Position numbers and translations under genes: made by a program. A stretch of 62,390 nucleotides of DNA, counting the filler, from Rhabdomonas costata (Eukaryota): NCBI GenBank assembly GCA_019059605.1. It is 33 parts of 33 records of this genome, joined end to end, with 100 filler letters (N's around TTAATTAATTAA, not from the genome) between each part and the next. Parts side by side here need not be neighbours in the genome. Positions count along the whole stretch, not along the records: positions 35,979 to 37,771 come from JAHMHO010008965.1; positions 37,872 to 39,662 come from JAHMHO010008966.1; positions 39,763 to 41,554 come from JAHMHO010008967.1; positions 41,655 to 43,447 come from JAHMHO010008968.1; positions 43,548 to 45,340 come from JAHMHO010008969.1; positions 45,441 to 47,233 come from JAHMHO010008970.1; 27 more parts are not named here. The stretch is one strand, 5' to 3'. This document shows positions 36,043-47,333 of the stretch, in pieces; position 1 is the first letter of the stretch, and each line of letters starts with the position of its first letter. Under the pieces are notes generated by a model. That model did not search any database. It saw nothing but the letters and a program-made list of their open reading frames with translations, and was not told the origin of the DNA.

Positions 36043-37923
36043 AGCAACCCTGAAATCCGAAAAATGATTACACTAAGTAAAATTTCAAGTTTTGTTCAAA
36101 ATTTCCGCTGGAAAATTGAAATTGAAAAATGCACTTCCCTCTGCTTCTGTCTTGTTTGCTTGTTTTTGAGAATGGGGCATGCTGGGAACATGGGGTCCGC
36201 TGTCGCAGACTTCGTCTCTCGCCCTCCAAGAGTGCGCCAGATTTACTGGTTTGAAGTTACCTATTTTCAGTCAACTCCTGTGCCTTTGTTTTCCCTCCCG
36301 TTTCCCCCTGTTTCCTTCTTCTCCTTTGCGTTTTCGTTGTGTTTCTGCCGGATGCCGTTCATGATGGTGATGGTGATGCTCATGGACCCACCCCTCACCG
36401 CTACAACCCTGTCGTGCAGCACGGGGGAGGGCGAGTAGAGCAGATCCACACCAATGTCAGAACAGGCGCGAACACATGGGGCTTGACGCCCCGGAGGAGC
36501 ACGACGACCAGCACCGGCACGAGCACGAGCACGAGCACCATGACCCACCCCATGGTTGTGGATGGCGTCATGGATGGGTGCCGTTTGGTGGTGGTGATGT
36601 TGTTCTTGCTCTTCGCGTCGTCGAGCTCTGGAGCTTGGGGGCCTGAAGACGCCCCGAGAATGCGAGAATGACTGGTGGCGGGCTGTCGAGGGGCAGCCCA
36701 CCGCTCTGGTTGCTGCTGCTGCTGCTGCGGGGCGATCTTCGTACTCTTGGTTAAGCTTGTCTGTGGCGAAGGTTTTCTGCAAAAACTCTCACTCGCCTAT
36801 TCTTGCTTTCTGCTGCCACAAACCCCACAGTAAAAAGACAGTTGCTGCGTAACGGCATGCGTAACTCCAATAGAAAGAGCATGGGTAAAATCAACAGTTA
36901 GTTTAAAACAGTAAAAATTAATATCCACTATAAGGGATCACGTTTCTGGCTTAACTTCATGGCACGTTTTCACCTTCTAACATTACGTTGTCATTAATTT
37001 CCTTCACACTGTTGTCAAAATGGAGTGGTAAGTCTTTCACTTTTTTGAATTACTAGCGGGACGCTTTCTTTAAAGAGGTTTTGTGTGAAAGCTCGCTTTG
37101 GGTCGTGGTGGGCGTTGGGTGGCCCTTAATCACTGGGAGCTTAATCACTGTGTGCATTCCCGCTCAAACAGCTTGTCTATAGTACAAACGGGACGTCACA
37201 AGCCTTACGAAAACATTTGATTCCACAAAAATGTTCAGAACGACTTCGGCTTAGCCCTCTTCCGGGTCAGATGGAACAGGTCAGATGGAGCACCCGAAAA
37301 CATTGTAAAACAGGACATCCCGCACATTAGCGAAAAAGCGTTGGAAATCTGAGAAGGGGCTGACATTCGAGGGGGAAGAGGACGATAAGAATTAGGCGAC
37401 GACTGAAAAAGAGGGGGGGGGAGAACACCTCTCCCTTGCCACGATGACCACTGAAGTTGTCCTCCTCCCGACTATTCGTCCCTTTGGCCTCCTTGGACTC
37501 TTGGCAGTCCACCCTGTTGCGGGCGGACGTTTGTTAGCCAAGAGTCCAAGGCGCAGCCTGGCCTGGGGACCGTTCCTCGGCGTACAGGGGAGGCGTTCGC
37601 ATGTCGGCGTGGCAGAGCCATCTTTGTGCTACTTTGCCCTTCGCTGTGGCCCAGCTGGCGCCTGCGCGAGAAGGACAGCCTCCGTCAAAAAAACCCTGAG
37701 AAGCACCGGTGGGGCTCTGACTGAGAGCCCCCGGGCATCCCTGTCGCTGAGGGTGTGCCCTACACCCCCCCNNNNNNNNNNNNNNNNNNNNNNNNNNNNN
37801 NNNNNNNNNNNNNNNTTAATTAATTAANNNNNNNNNNNNNNNNNNNNNNNNNNNNNNNNNNNNNNNNNNNNGGGGGGGTGTGGACTCATGCGATTATGAG
37901 ATTTGATGTTGGGCTGGGGGCAG

Positions 37924-38871
37924 GCCCCTCTGCAAGTCCTCTCCGTGGATTACCGCCCCGCCGCGGGATCCAATAATGTGCCGTACCGGCTGATCGTCGG
38001 CTTCGACAGCGAGCCGGAGTTTACCACGGTCTCTCCCTCCCACTACTCACACGCATCCACACTAATTCCCTCCTTCTTGTGTCCATCCCGGTTAAATTTG
38101 GTTGCTACCGGTCCCGGATAAGAGTTTTTGTTGAAAAAACTATGAGGGGCAGCAAAGGGTGCTGTGATACATGGGTGGTGCGGTGCCGATCGCGACGACC
38201 ACTAATGGAGGGTTTAGGCTGACATTGACAGTGAATAGATGAAAGCGCCGAGTGATCATCGGAGCGCAGTATGTTGCCTAGGGGGGAACCTGCTTCGCCC
38301 TCATACCCCCTGCAAAATCTTCCATCAGAATCTCAGGGGACACTTATCGCCCACTGAACCCCCTCCCCTGCAAAATTATGAATATTTTTTGGGGGGTTGC
38401 AGGTCATAACAAAACTCCCAGTTGTCACCACAGGTAAACGTGATTATCACCACCACCACCACTCGACGAAGTACTCAACAAATTGCTGCAAGAAACACTT
38501 TTAGTTGCATTCTTTTGTGTGAAATTTGTTTTGGTAAACGACAATCCTCAAATCATTCTCAAAGGAAGCGACCATGTTCAATGCATGTGTAAAGAGATTC
38601 GACACAAAGAAGGCGGCTCCAGGAACAGATAGGAACAGATGAGGCTCACGGACTTACTTGCCTTACAAGGCTCTAAGGGTCGCGGGTTGCTTCCTGGATG
38701 AGTAGCAACATGTTGGGGATACGAGGTCCTATGGCTGCCTATTTTCGCACTTCAATCGTCGCTGGGTCTCAGTTTGTCAACTGCATGAGGGACGCCGGCG
38801 CGAAGATTGACCCTGCTCGGCCCCCCGAGGGCATCACGAAGGATCTGGGCGCGATGGGCCGGCCCTGCTGA
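37924..38871 (+). CDS. Hypothetical protein, last two exons
   Basis: Exon 37924-38028 (APLQVLSVDYRPAAGSNNVPYRLIVGFDSEPEFTT) and exon 38773-38871 (FVNCMRDAGAKIDPARPPEGITKDLGAMGRPC*), joined by a phase-0 GT-AG intron. Confidence 0.6.
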
Positions 38872-39813
38872 GCGTCTCCCCTCCCCCCAATCTTCAGGGC
38901 CAAAACCACCCATTCTTTCACATGCAGGAAGAGCGGGTGGGTAGGTCCCGGCCGTCCGGTGCGTGCTGGCATCGTTTCCCCACCGGTGCCACTGCTTTCC
39001 TCTGTAATTTGGTGCTTTTGTGCGCTGGTTTGGGTTCTTTGCTTCTCTTGCTCCTTTTTTTTTGGAAGCTCTGTCAATAATCGTTTTTTTACTTCGAAAT
39101 CCATCACGCTCTGTGCGAACTCCACTTCGCAGCAGTACGCACTCTCTTTGCGCCAAAGAGAGAGAGAGAGCGTTAGATCTCGTTAGTTCTCCCATTCTCT
39201 GCTGACAATCGGTTACTACAAATGTCCCCCCCCACTCCCCTTTCGTTTGCTTCACTGGTCGTCTGTGTGGTCTTCTACGTTATCTGGGCTTTCTTCTTCT
39301 TCCCATTTATGCCCGCCGTGTGTTCGATGCAAATCCTTACAGAGGGCCACTGATTTTCACCTGCGGCAACTCCTTGAGCACTCGGTAAGGTAATTCGAAC
39401 ACGGCCCCAACGCTGCAATACGTCACAACTGCCAGGCAAACCATTAAGGTCCCTTTGGATCTGGAGCCAGATTATTGCTATGAAATGTAAGCTTTAGAGT
39501 CAAACCTCGACAAATGAAACAAGTCAAGTCTCATAGTAGGAACCATCAGGTGCATTTTTGTGCACTTTTTATTTTCGCTATTCTCAGTTCTCAGTTCAAA
39601 AGTTAGGCGGACAATACACTATCGCGGATTTGGAGGACAAATCGTTCACTACATCTTAACAGNNNNNNNNNNNNNNNNNNNNNNNNNNNNNNNNNNNNNN
39701 NNNNNNTTAATTAATTAANNNNNNNNNNNNNNNNNNNNNNNNNNNNNNNNNNNNNNNNNNNNTTGTTTGGGTAGTCAAAGAGAAGACAAAAACGCAGCTC
39801 CTGCTGGCGGCAC

Positions 39814-41472
39814 CTGCAGCCCGGTTGATCTCCCTGTTGAGGATGCCATTGGTGATGCAAACTTCCTGCGAGAGAACAACGACATCCTAGACGAAAACAA
39901 CAGCCCTTTCGGGTCACGCATGTGAACGAAAGTTCGGGATCCCCCTGCAGCCGGATTCTTCTGTATGACGATACTCAGGGGGGAGAGGCTCCTCACTGGC
40001 TCGTTACTCCTTTTGCCTTGCTGTGCACGTTGCGAAACAGAGTGCTTTTTGGATGGTCTAGAAGTGAAGCGTAAAAAGAACATTTTGCCCACAAAAGGTC
40101 GATATAAACAGGTGAGCACATAGAGTACCTTTCTTTTTCAAAAAAAAAACAGACAAACCAAACATTCAAAAAGCCAAAAAAAAAAGATTCGTTCTTTTGT
40201 GCCATTGCGCTAGAAAGAGGAGGGGAAGCTGCCTGTTCACAGAACGCTGGAATGTATTGTTTTGCATCGACTTGCACCACACTGCAGGGCTGTGTTCTGC
40301 ATCGACTCGAGAGGCACATCAACCTCACTGGTGTCAATGGGGAGCAAGTTTCCGAATACACACAGAATCTTTTTTCAGAAATGAGGGCCCATCATTGAGG
40401 TGCTGACTCCCTTCCGGGCCTTTTTTGTCACCAGGTCTGAGCCGGTAGCCAGCAATGAGAGAGAGGCACTGCTCCGGCCGAGACCACACTGGGAATCTCC
40501 CGTACGTGCTGGGAGTCGCTATGTTCTGAGAGCGGAGTGGAAAAGCAAACAAGAACAATGTCAGCCGCCTGTGTGTGGGGGGGGGTACAGTACCTTCGGA
40601 TGAAAGTATTTGTAAAACACTGTCCTGACCACTGCGTCGTTGTTGAAGGTGATCCCCCATTCCTCAAGCAGCTGCTGAAGATTTGTGCCTGCACGTTGTT
40701 CACCCCCTTCGCCCAACATCAGGAGTAAACTACCTCCTCCGGCAAGATATTCCTTCATTGCTTGGAACTGGGAGTGAAACAACCGGCAATTATACAATAA
40801 AAATCCAACCATAACAATGAACATAACAACTGCAAATGCAACGAAGCAGACCTCTTGCTCTGAAAACTTTTCACGGGGGCATCCAAAGACAAACAGGTTA
40901 CCCCGCTGAAGGGATTCAATGCTGATGTCATCCTTGTTTCTGTTACAAAGAATGTAGGAACAGTCAAATATAATTCTGCATCACCCGAGGGGGCCACAGG
41001 AAGCGTTTTGCATCGAAAAAGCTGTGTCACACAATGCCCCCCCCCCGGGGACGGCATTCCATTCTATACGCCGAAAAGCGGTTCAGTATTTCTTGCATTC
41101 CTCACACGCTCCTTCAACATCAAAACCTCTCTCAGCAAAAGGACGCTCCAACCTCGAACGCTCGAACAAAAGTATTCAGTTGACATGTAAGACACCTCTG
41201 CAAAGGAAGAAAGGAAAAAAGTAGGAAGCGCATGGCGTACTGCTCAAGTTTGTAATTGGACTTAAGGCGACGGCTCAACAGTTTGTATCCTTGGGACCCC
41301 GTAAACACCTGAACAAAAAGAACATGAGGGAAGCCACTGGTGGAGAAGAAACGAACAGGCATACTCTGCAAAAGGAAAAAACCTCTTTCTTGGTGCTGTT
41401 GAACACAATTGTAAACGAAGAAGCTTTGTCCTTTTTGTCCGATACATCGCGGTCCTCCTTGGCCGATGCCAT
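39814..41472 (-). CDS. IFT52: Intraflagellar transport protein 52, N-terminal GIFT domain, 5 exons
   Basis: Exons 41472-41383, 41308-41241, 40939-40852, 40767-40594 and 39865-39814 give MASAKED...TIVFNSTKKE|VFTGSQGYKLLSRRLKSNYKLEQ|NKDDISIESL...FGCPREKFSEQE|FQAMKEYLAGGGSLLLMLGEGGE...NDAVVRTVFYKYFHPK|EVCITNGILNREINRAA. All introns are GT-AG and in phase. Confidence 0.95.
40379..40585. repeat. Dispersed ~205-bp interspersed element, copy B, in IFT52 intron 4
   Basis: Homologous to 35552-35756. It ends 8 nt from the IFT52 exon boundary at 40594. Confidence 0.88.
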
Positions 41473-41554
41473 CTTTCCCTTTCTAGCCTCTCACACTCAC
41501 ACTGCTCTCTGGAGTTCGGGCACACGCAAAAGATAACGAACAGAAAAAACAAAA
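41473..41554 (-). promoter_or_regulatory. Putative trans-splice acceptor and short 5'UTR of IFT52
   Basis: Minus strand reads TTTGTTTTTTCTGTTCGTTATCTTTT...CTCCAG, about 35 nt before the ATG. Confidence 0.4.
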
Positions 41555-42026
41555 NNNNNNNNNNNNNNNNNNNNNNNNNNNNNNNNNNNNNNNNNNNNTT
41601 AATTAATTAANNNNNNNNNNNNNNNNNNNNNNNNNNNNNNNNNNNNNNNNNNNNGTTGGGGGGCAAAGTTAATTAAGGTTGCCAGGCAGAGGAAATGAAT
41701 CGTCGCCGAGGCTGCGAAGCTCTCCATTCGAGACTTCGAGACCTCTTGCACCTGCCTCCTTGTCCGGATTCGGGGCTGTTACGGATCAAAAAATGAAACT
41801 GAAGAGGAAAATAAATGGAAGCTTTGGCAGGTGCGGGACGGGTAGCAACGCTACATTGGAGCTCAATCGGAAGTGTCGGGGTCCGCACCACAGGGTATGC
41901 CAATCGACGCACGTACTTGCTTCCAAAAATACGTGATGAGGCGAGTGCGAATTCACCACCCCTGAGACTCAAAAGGGGGTGCGCTAACATGCCACACCAA
42001 ACACACGCATGCACACATACACATAC

Positions 42027-43244
42027 CGAGCTGAACGCGGGTCTCGCCAGCAACCGGCCCACCTGCCCAGACAACTTCGTCGCGGGCCACAATGCAGCAC
42101 CAGTGCTGCTCACCTATAAGTGGGCGAAAGAAGAAATAACCAACGTCGTCCGGTGAGGGCATCGGCGTCAGTTCACGTATCCATCCACACAAGGTTCCCT
42201 ACACCCACTCCGCATCCTCTGCATCTAAACGGCATTCGCATAAAAGCCAGGGGAGTTGGAAATCCTTAAACATATTTGCTCCAGGACATCCTCACAGTAG
42301 CACTCACGCACTCTTGCACAGACCACACAGCACATGACACCCCAAATACACCCTAACGCGCAGTTGCCAAGGATGCGAAACGACCTTCAGGGGCCCAAGC
42401 GGTGGGGCCTGGAACCAGCAAAGCGGGGCAGTGTAGGACACCGCAGGCTGGGCGGCCTCCGGAGACAGCACCTCGATCCCGGCCACAATAGAGGCGCTCT
42501 CCGTGGTGCGGGCCAGAGAGAGCACCGCTACGGGGGTGCCCAGTATTAGCGACAGAGCGTCGGCTTCGAGCTGCAGCTGCTGATGCGCGAACTCCGCGGC
42601 GAGCCCCTCCACAACGGCCTCCACGGAGTCACAGGGGTTGTTCTATGAAGGAAACGGTAATCTATGGGTGCATCAGCAGAGGTGAAGCAAGGCGCACAGG
42701 GCTGCTGTCTCAGTCCTGTGGCAGTTCAACAGATCCGGGTTTACTTCGGAGTATTCTGGATGGTGGGCCGCAGAGTGCTCGAGTGGTCGTTGCACGCGAG
42801 CGGTCTTTAAGTGTGTCGAGCATGCAGATCAGTGAAAACTTACCTTTACATTTGTGAGACCAGCAGTACAGAGTAAAAAAAGACTTCTGCTCGGATCGCT
42901 ACGCATGCTAATCTCTTAGTTTCTGTGTGCTAGCACATTCCGAAGACATCCCTCCCCGTCCCTCTCAAGTGTGCCTGGGGGATCGCCTCGAGCTTCTTCA
43001 CGGGCTTCTCGGGGACCTCGGAGTGGGGCTGGAACATCGTCACCAGGCCGCCCTGGTCCATGTCTGTCCTGGGGTCAAACGCCAACGTCAGCGAGGACGC
43101 ACCGGGGAACTCCACTACCCAGTCCTGAGGCTGGGACAAGGGGTGGGACGAGGCCAGCACAGCACTCCACTGAGCGAGCACGGGCTCCACGGGGATGCGG
43201 ATCGGCGCGCCTCGGGGCATCAGGCTCTCCACCAGGCTCACCAC
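42027..43244 (-). CDS. Large hypothetical protein fragment with a CUB-like motif, 3 exons
   Basis: Exons 43244-42975, 42642-42442 and 42113-42027 are all phase 0. SSHPLSQPQDWVVEFPGASSLTLAFDPRT resembles the ES.HPY...V.IPGA..L...FD..C.TE module of HERC2/ZZEF1-type giant proteins. The first intron is GC-AG. Confidence 0.6.
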
Positions 43245-45440
43245 CTGCAGGGCACCCCATTTTTGTGAACTTAAAAACGGAAAACTTTCCAGGAGGAAGG
43301 CTCAAAGGACCCGTACCCTAAATCCTAAATAGATCCCCATGTGCCCACCCGGCTACGTACAATGTGGGAATTTCCACCAACCATCAGTCGCCGCGGAGGA
43401 ATAATCCCACCGGACAGCCCATATGGAATCGATGGACACACACAACCNNNNNNNNNNNNNNNNNNNNNNNNNNNNNNNNNNNNNNNNNNNNTTAATTAAT
43501 TAANNNNNNNNNNNNNNNNNNNNNNNNNNNNNNNNNNNNNNNNNNNNGGGGTTGGAATTCCTTCCCACCGTCCGCACTCTTTTCCCACCCACGGGCTTTC
43601 CATTGGGTGGAAACTCTGTGCACTGTTCCCACTCTCTTCTTTTCTTTTGTGTCCCACTTTTTTATGGTTTATTTCTTGGGGAAGGGACGGCACTTTCTCC
43701 GCGCAGTCCTTGGAGGGGGTGGCAGGAAGGGTCAGCCCGCCACAGGAAAAATTTGGGGAGGAAGGCTCCGCCGTGGATGCCGAGCGCTCTTCTTTCCCGC
43801 GATACGGTGGCTAGCTTGGCACGAGCCTTGTTTTTGTGTGGCCGCTCCTGCGCTTTCTTCCCGTGGAACACAAGCACAGCGTTGCCACTGCCCACTCTGT
43901 TCTGTTTGTCAGTGGGTTTTTCGTTCACACAGCCTGCCAGAACGAAAGATTTTTTACCTGGCCACCGCACAAAAACGGGCAACTGCTTCCTGATTTTTGT
44001 GCAGGTGTTTGTGCAAAATGGGGTTAACTAATCAGTTGATGTTTCGAGCTCATCAATTCCGGATCTCTTGTTTACAGACTGAATGCAGCGGTGAACTTAT
44101 GTCCATACCAACAGTAAGAGTACCGATGGCCAAAGTTTGTGGCGTGATTTTACCGAATAATTCTTCTCACTAACGAGTTTTTCGCCATCACCAATATCAC
44201 TGTTACACCCTGTGATCGGCACATGGTGGTGTCCATTTTTGGCGACTTTTTCTTATTTCTGGTGTTGGTGTATTACTTTTGTGAAGCATTGGCGCCGGAT
44301 TTTACACGCGCATTGCTAAACTTGTTCCAGGATTTAAGACACATTTGAAAGCTTAGCTTATCAAAATATTCGCATCCTGCAGCATCAGATTAATGTGACT
44401 ACGATTTCGTTTCATTTCGATGATCACGCGCGCCGTGGAAAAAGCTCTCCACTCTGAAGATGTCGTCACATTTCTCTGACAAAATGCAGCCGCTGAGTTA
44501 CTGAACGTGAGGACTGTCAGAGCTGTGTGCAGATGCAATAAGAGTGGGGTACTTTTGTTCGCAGTGTTGTGCTACTTCATTGCGTTTCTTGTGCGTGTGG
44601 TCCCCTTTTATGCGGATGTAAAGTCAAGACTCACTCCACTCACCTCATACACGAGCCGCCGAGCCGATGGCTGGTGTTCGCTGATTGACCGGTGGTGTGC
44701 AGTGCCTGTCTTCCTCGCCAGATCATGCGCAGCTGCTCCAGTGGTACTCACACCGTCAACGTCTTCTTTCGAATCGGGATGGTCGAAATAAAAGCCAAAA
44801 AAAAGTTTTGCGGCACAAATAAAAACCACCTTCTTTCGCCAAGGCACTGCCCAGAAACTATTCACAGCAAGTTAGCCACTCAGAGGGTACAAGGCTGTGA
44901 TGCCTGAGGGTGGGAGGGAAGCGGTACCGAAAAGGCGTTGAAAACTGAGTCCCCTAATCCTTCGTATTCCTATCCCACCACCCCACATCAGTAACGTTTA
45001 ACCGTTCTTCTGATTTCAGTCTGTAGATCGCGTCCTCGATAGTGTCACGGGGGCAATATGCGACCTTGGGTGAGTCAGGTGTAGCCGAGGAAGCGCATCC
45101 AAAATCGCGATATATGTCATACTGTCTGCGGCACCTCAGAGTTCACGACCGAAATTCGTGCTAAATCTGGCATTTTTGGACTTCGAAGCTTCGAAGGGGT
45201 GGCGAGATGTTTTTGCCTGATGTTTTCGCATTGCTTCTTTTCTGCCTCTTCTTTGTGTGCCCGTACTTTCCAGATGACGTGGGCCACATTAAAGACTTCC
45301 TCAGTCTGCAGCATTGCATTGTGACTGACATTACCCAACANNNNNNNNNNNNNNNNNNNNNNNNNNNNNNNNNNNNNNNNNNNNTTAATTAATTAANNNN
45401 NNNNNNNNNNNNNNNNNNNNNNNNNNNNNNNNNNNNNNNN

Positions 45441-46191
45441 TGGTGTAAAGAAGAAGGACCGCCCAGAGCGCAAGCTCAAAATGCGCGTCACAAACATGGA
45501 AGAAGAGATGCGGGTGAACTGTGTTGAGTTTGCTCAACAAGCCCTCGATGAGCACAAATTGCACAAGGTCCTTGTTTTGTGTGGTTCTGGTGTGGTTTGT
45601 GGTTTTGCGATTATTTGCCTGCAGGTTGTTGGCTTCTTTGAATTCTTTTGACGTTGAGATTTTTCAGTTTGTCTGAAAATTCACCATGGTGATCGAGCAA
45701 CGAAACATTTCTTTTTGCTAATATTAGCACCCCGAAACCCTGGAGCGGTGAAGTCTCGGAGAAGGGTCGCAACCAGGGGGGTTGGGGGGTGCTCCAGCAT
45801 TTTTTGGTCTCGGGTGATTTTCATTTGTTCTCTTATTCGCATACAAGACCAAAAAATAATTGGTTTGGTTTGGTATTTCGGATGTGACAAAGTTGTTCTT
45901 GAAAACAATTTCATTGAAATCTTTTGGATGAAGGAAATCAGGATGCTCTGAATATTTTCTTTCTCATCGGTTCGACAGGATGTTGCTGCCTACATCAAGC
46001 GTCTGATGGACGAGACATACGCAGGGACCTGGCACTGCATTGTCGGGGTCCACTTTGGGGGGAACGTTTCCCATGACGCAAACAGCATGATCAACTTCTT
46101 CTTGGACAAGCTGGGCTTCTTGGTCTTCCGCAGTGGGCCCCCAGAACAAGTCCAAGATGAAGGTGGCGGTGCGCCAACCAAGTCTCAGTGA
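45441..46191 (+). CDS. Dynein light chain, LC8 family, 2 exons, 5'-partial
   Basis: Exon to 45567 (KMRVTNMEEEMRVNCVEFAQQALDEHKLHK) and exon 45979-46191 (DVAAYIKRLMDETYAGTWHCIVGVHFGGNVSHDANSMINFFLDKLGFLVFRSG...*). It carries the WHCIVG..FG..V.H signature. Confidence 0.92.
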
Positions 46192-47333
46192 GGAAAATCC
46201 CCCGGAAAAAGAATGAAGTGCCTTGGGACACCTTGCGCTTGTTGTGTTCATTTCTTTTTGAGCTGTTTGTTTGTGCATGTTATTGTACTTCTTGGTTCTT
46301 GGTCATTGTGAGGCACCTGCGTGTCTTTTCGTTCTCTGCTGGCTGTTTTTTGATGAAATCGGGCTGCGCTTGTCAAGGACAGTATGTGAACCTTTCTCGC
46401 TAGTGTACTTGGTGAACGCCGCGAACGGCAACAACAACCCCTCATCCATTCATATCGTATTAGTGCACCTCACCAATTAGTCCACCACACCGTCAAACTC
46501 TTCGAACACTTTGAGTTGTGTATGGAAGCAGGATGGAAGAGGCTCTTAGGTGTCGCTGGACATCCTGCCATCTTCCATCTCTGGAGTGAGTTCGGTAGCT
46601 GACCGACACCAACAACACTGTAGTGAAGCGAACCCACCCAGCTAGGGTCACCGACCATGTAGACACCCACCGCACCAAGGATCACACCGGAGGCTTCCAC
46701 AGCCCACACCCACCGCACCGAGATCACACCGAAGTCATCTTGGAGACCAGAACCCACCACCACAAGGAGAGGAGAAATCGCGGTACCATACCACAAGGAA
46801 CACCCGCACCCGAACCCAAAGTCACCACTCTGCTGAACAAGGATCGCGCCGAAGTCGGAACCACACCACAGAAACCCTCCACACACATTCTCGCTCCAAG
46901 TCAGAACCAACAGCCCAGATTCCATGAACAACATCCTAGAAGTAAGTAAGGTAGCGAAGGAGACCAGAAAACAACGGAGGCAGAAACCCGAACCCCGAAC
47001 CCAGAAAGCGAACCGAAGACCGAACGCCAACAGACCCCACGCTTCCCCAACTGCAAGACCCAGAACCCCACGCATAGATCGGCCACAATGGATAAGGAGA
47101 CCCGACAGTCCACGACAGTGACACCGCACTGTTTCGGCCTTCCGGCCTCATTAGGTGAACAAGCAAACCAGCCCCGAAGACCGAACCCAACACCGAAATC
47201 CCTGACTCCAATCCCCAACCCTGACCCACACACNNNNNNNNNNNNNNNNNNNNNNNNNNNNNNNNNNNNNNNNNNNNTTAATTAATTAANNNNNNNNNNN
47301 NNNNNNNNNNNNNNNNNNNNNNNNNNNNNNNNN

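Noticed and set aside
36380..36570. Signal-peptide-like MGWVMVLVLVLVPVLVVVLL on the minus strand
   Set aside because: It derives partly from a GTGCTC hexamer repeat, ends in a short ORF, and has no supported splice path.
40379..40585. Intronic box C/D snoRNA (ATGATG...CTGA on the minus strand)
   Set aside because: The two boxes are only about 11 nt apart, the CTGA is absent from copy A, and copy A is antisense to its host gene.
34568..46191. Cluster of flagellar genes (D/D protein, IFT52, dynein light chain)
   Set aside because: They lie on separate unlinked contigs, so the proximity is an artefact of concatenation.
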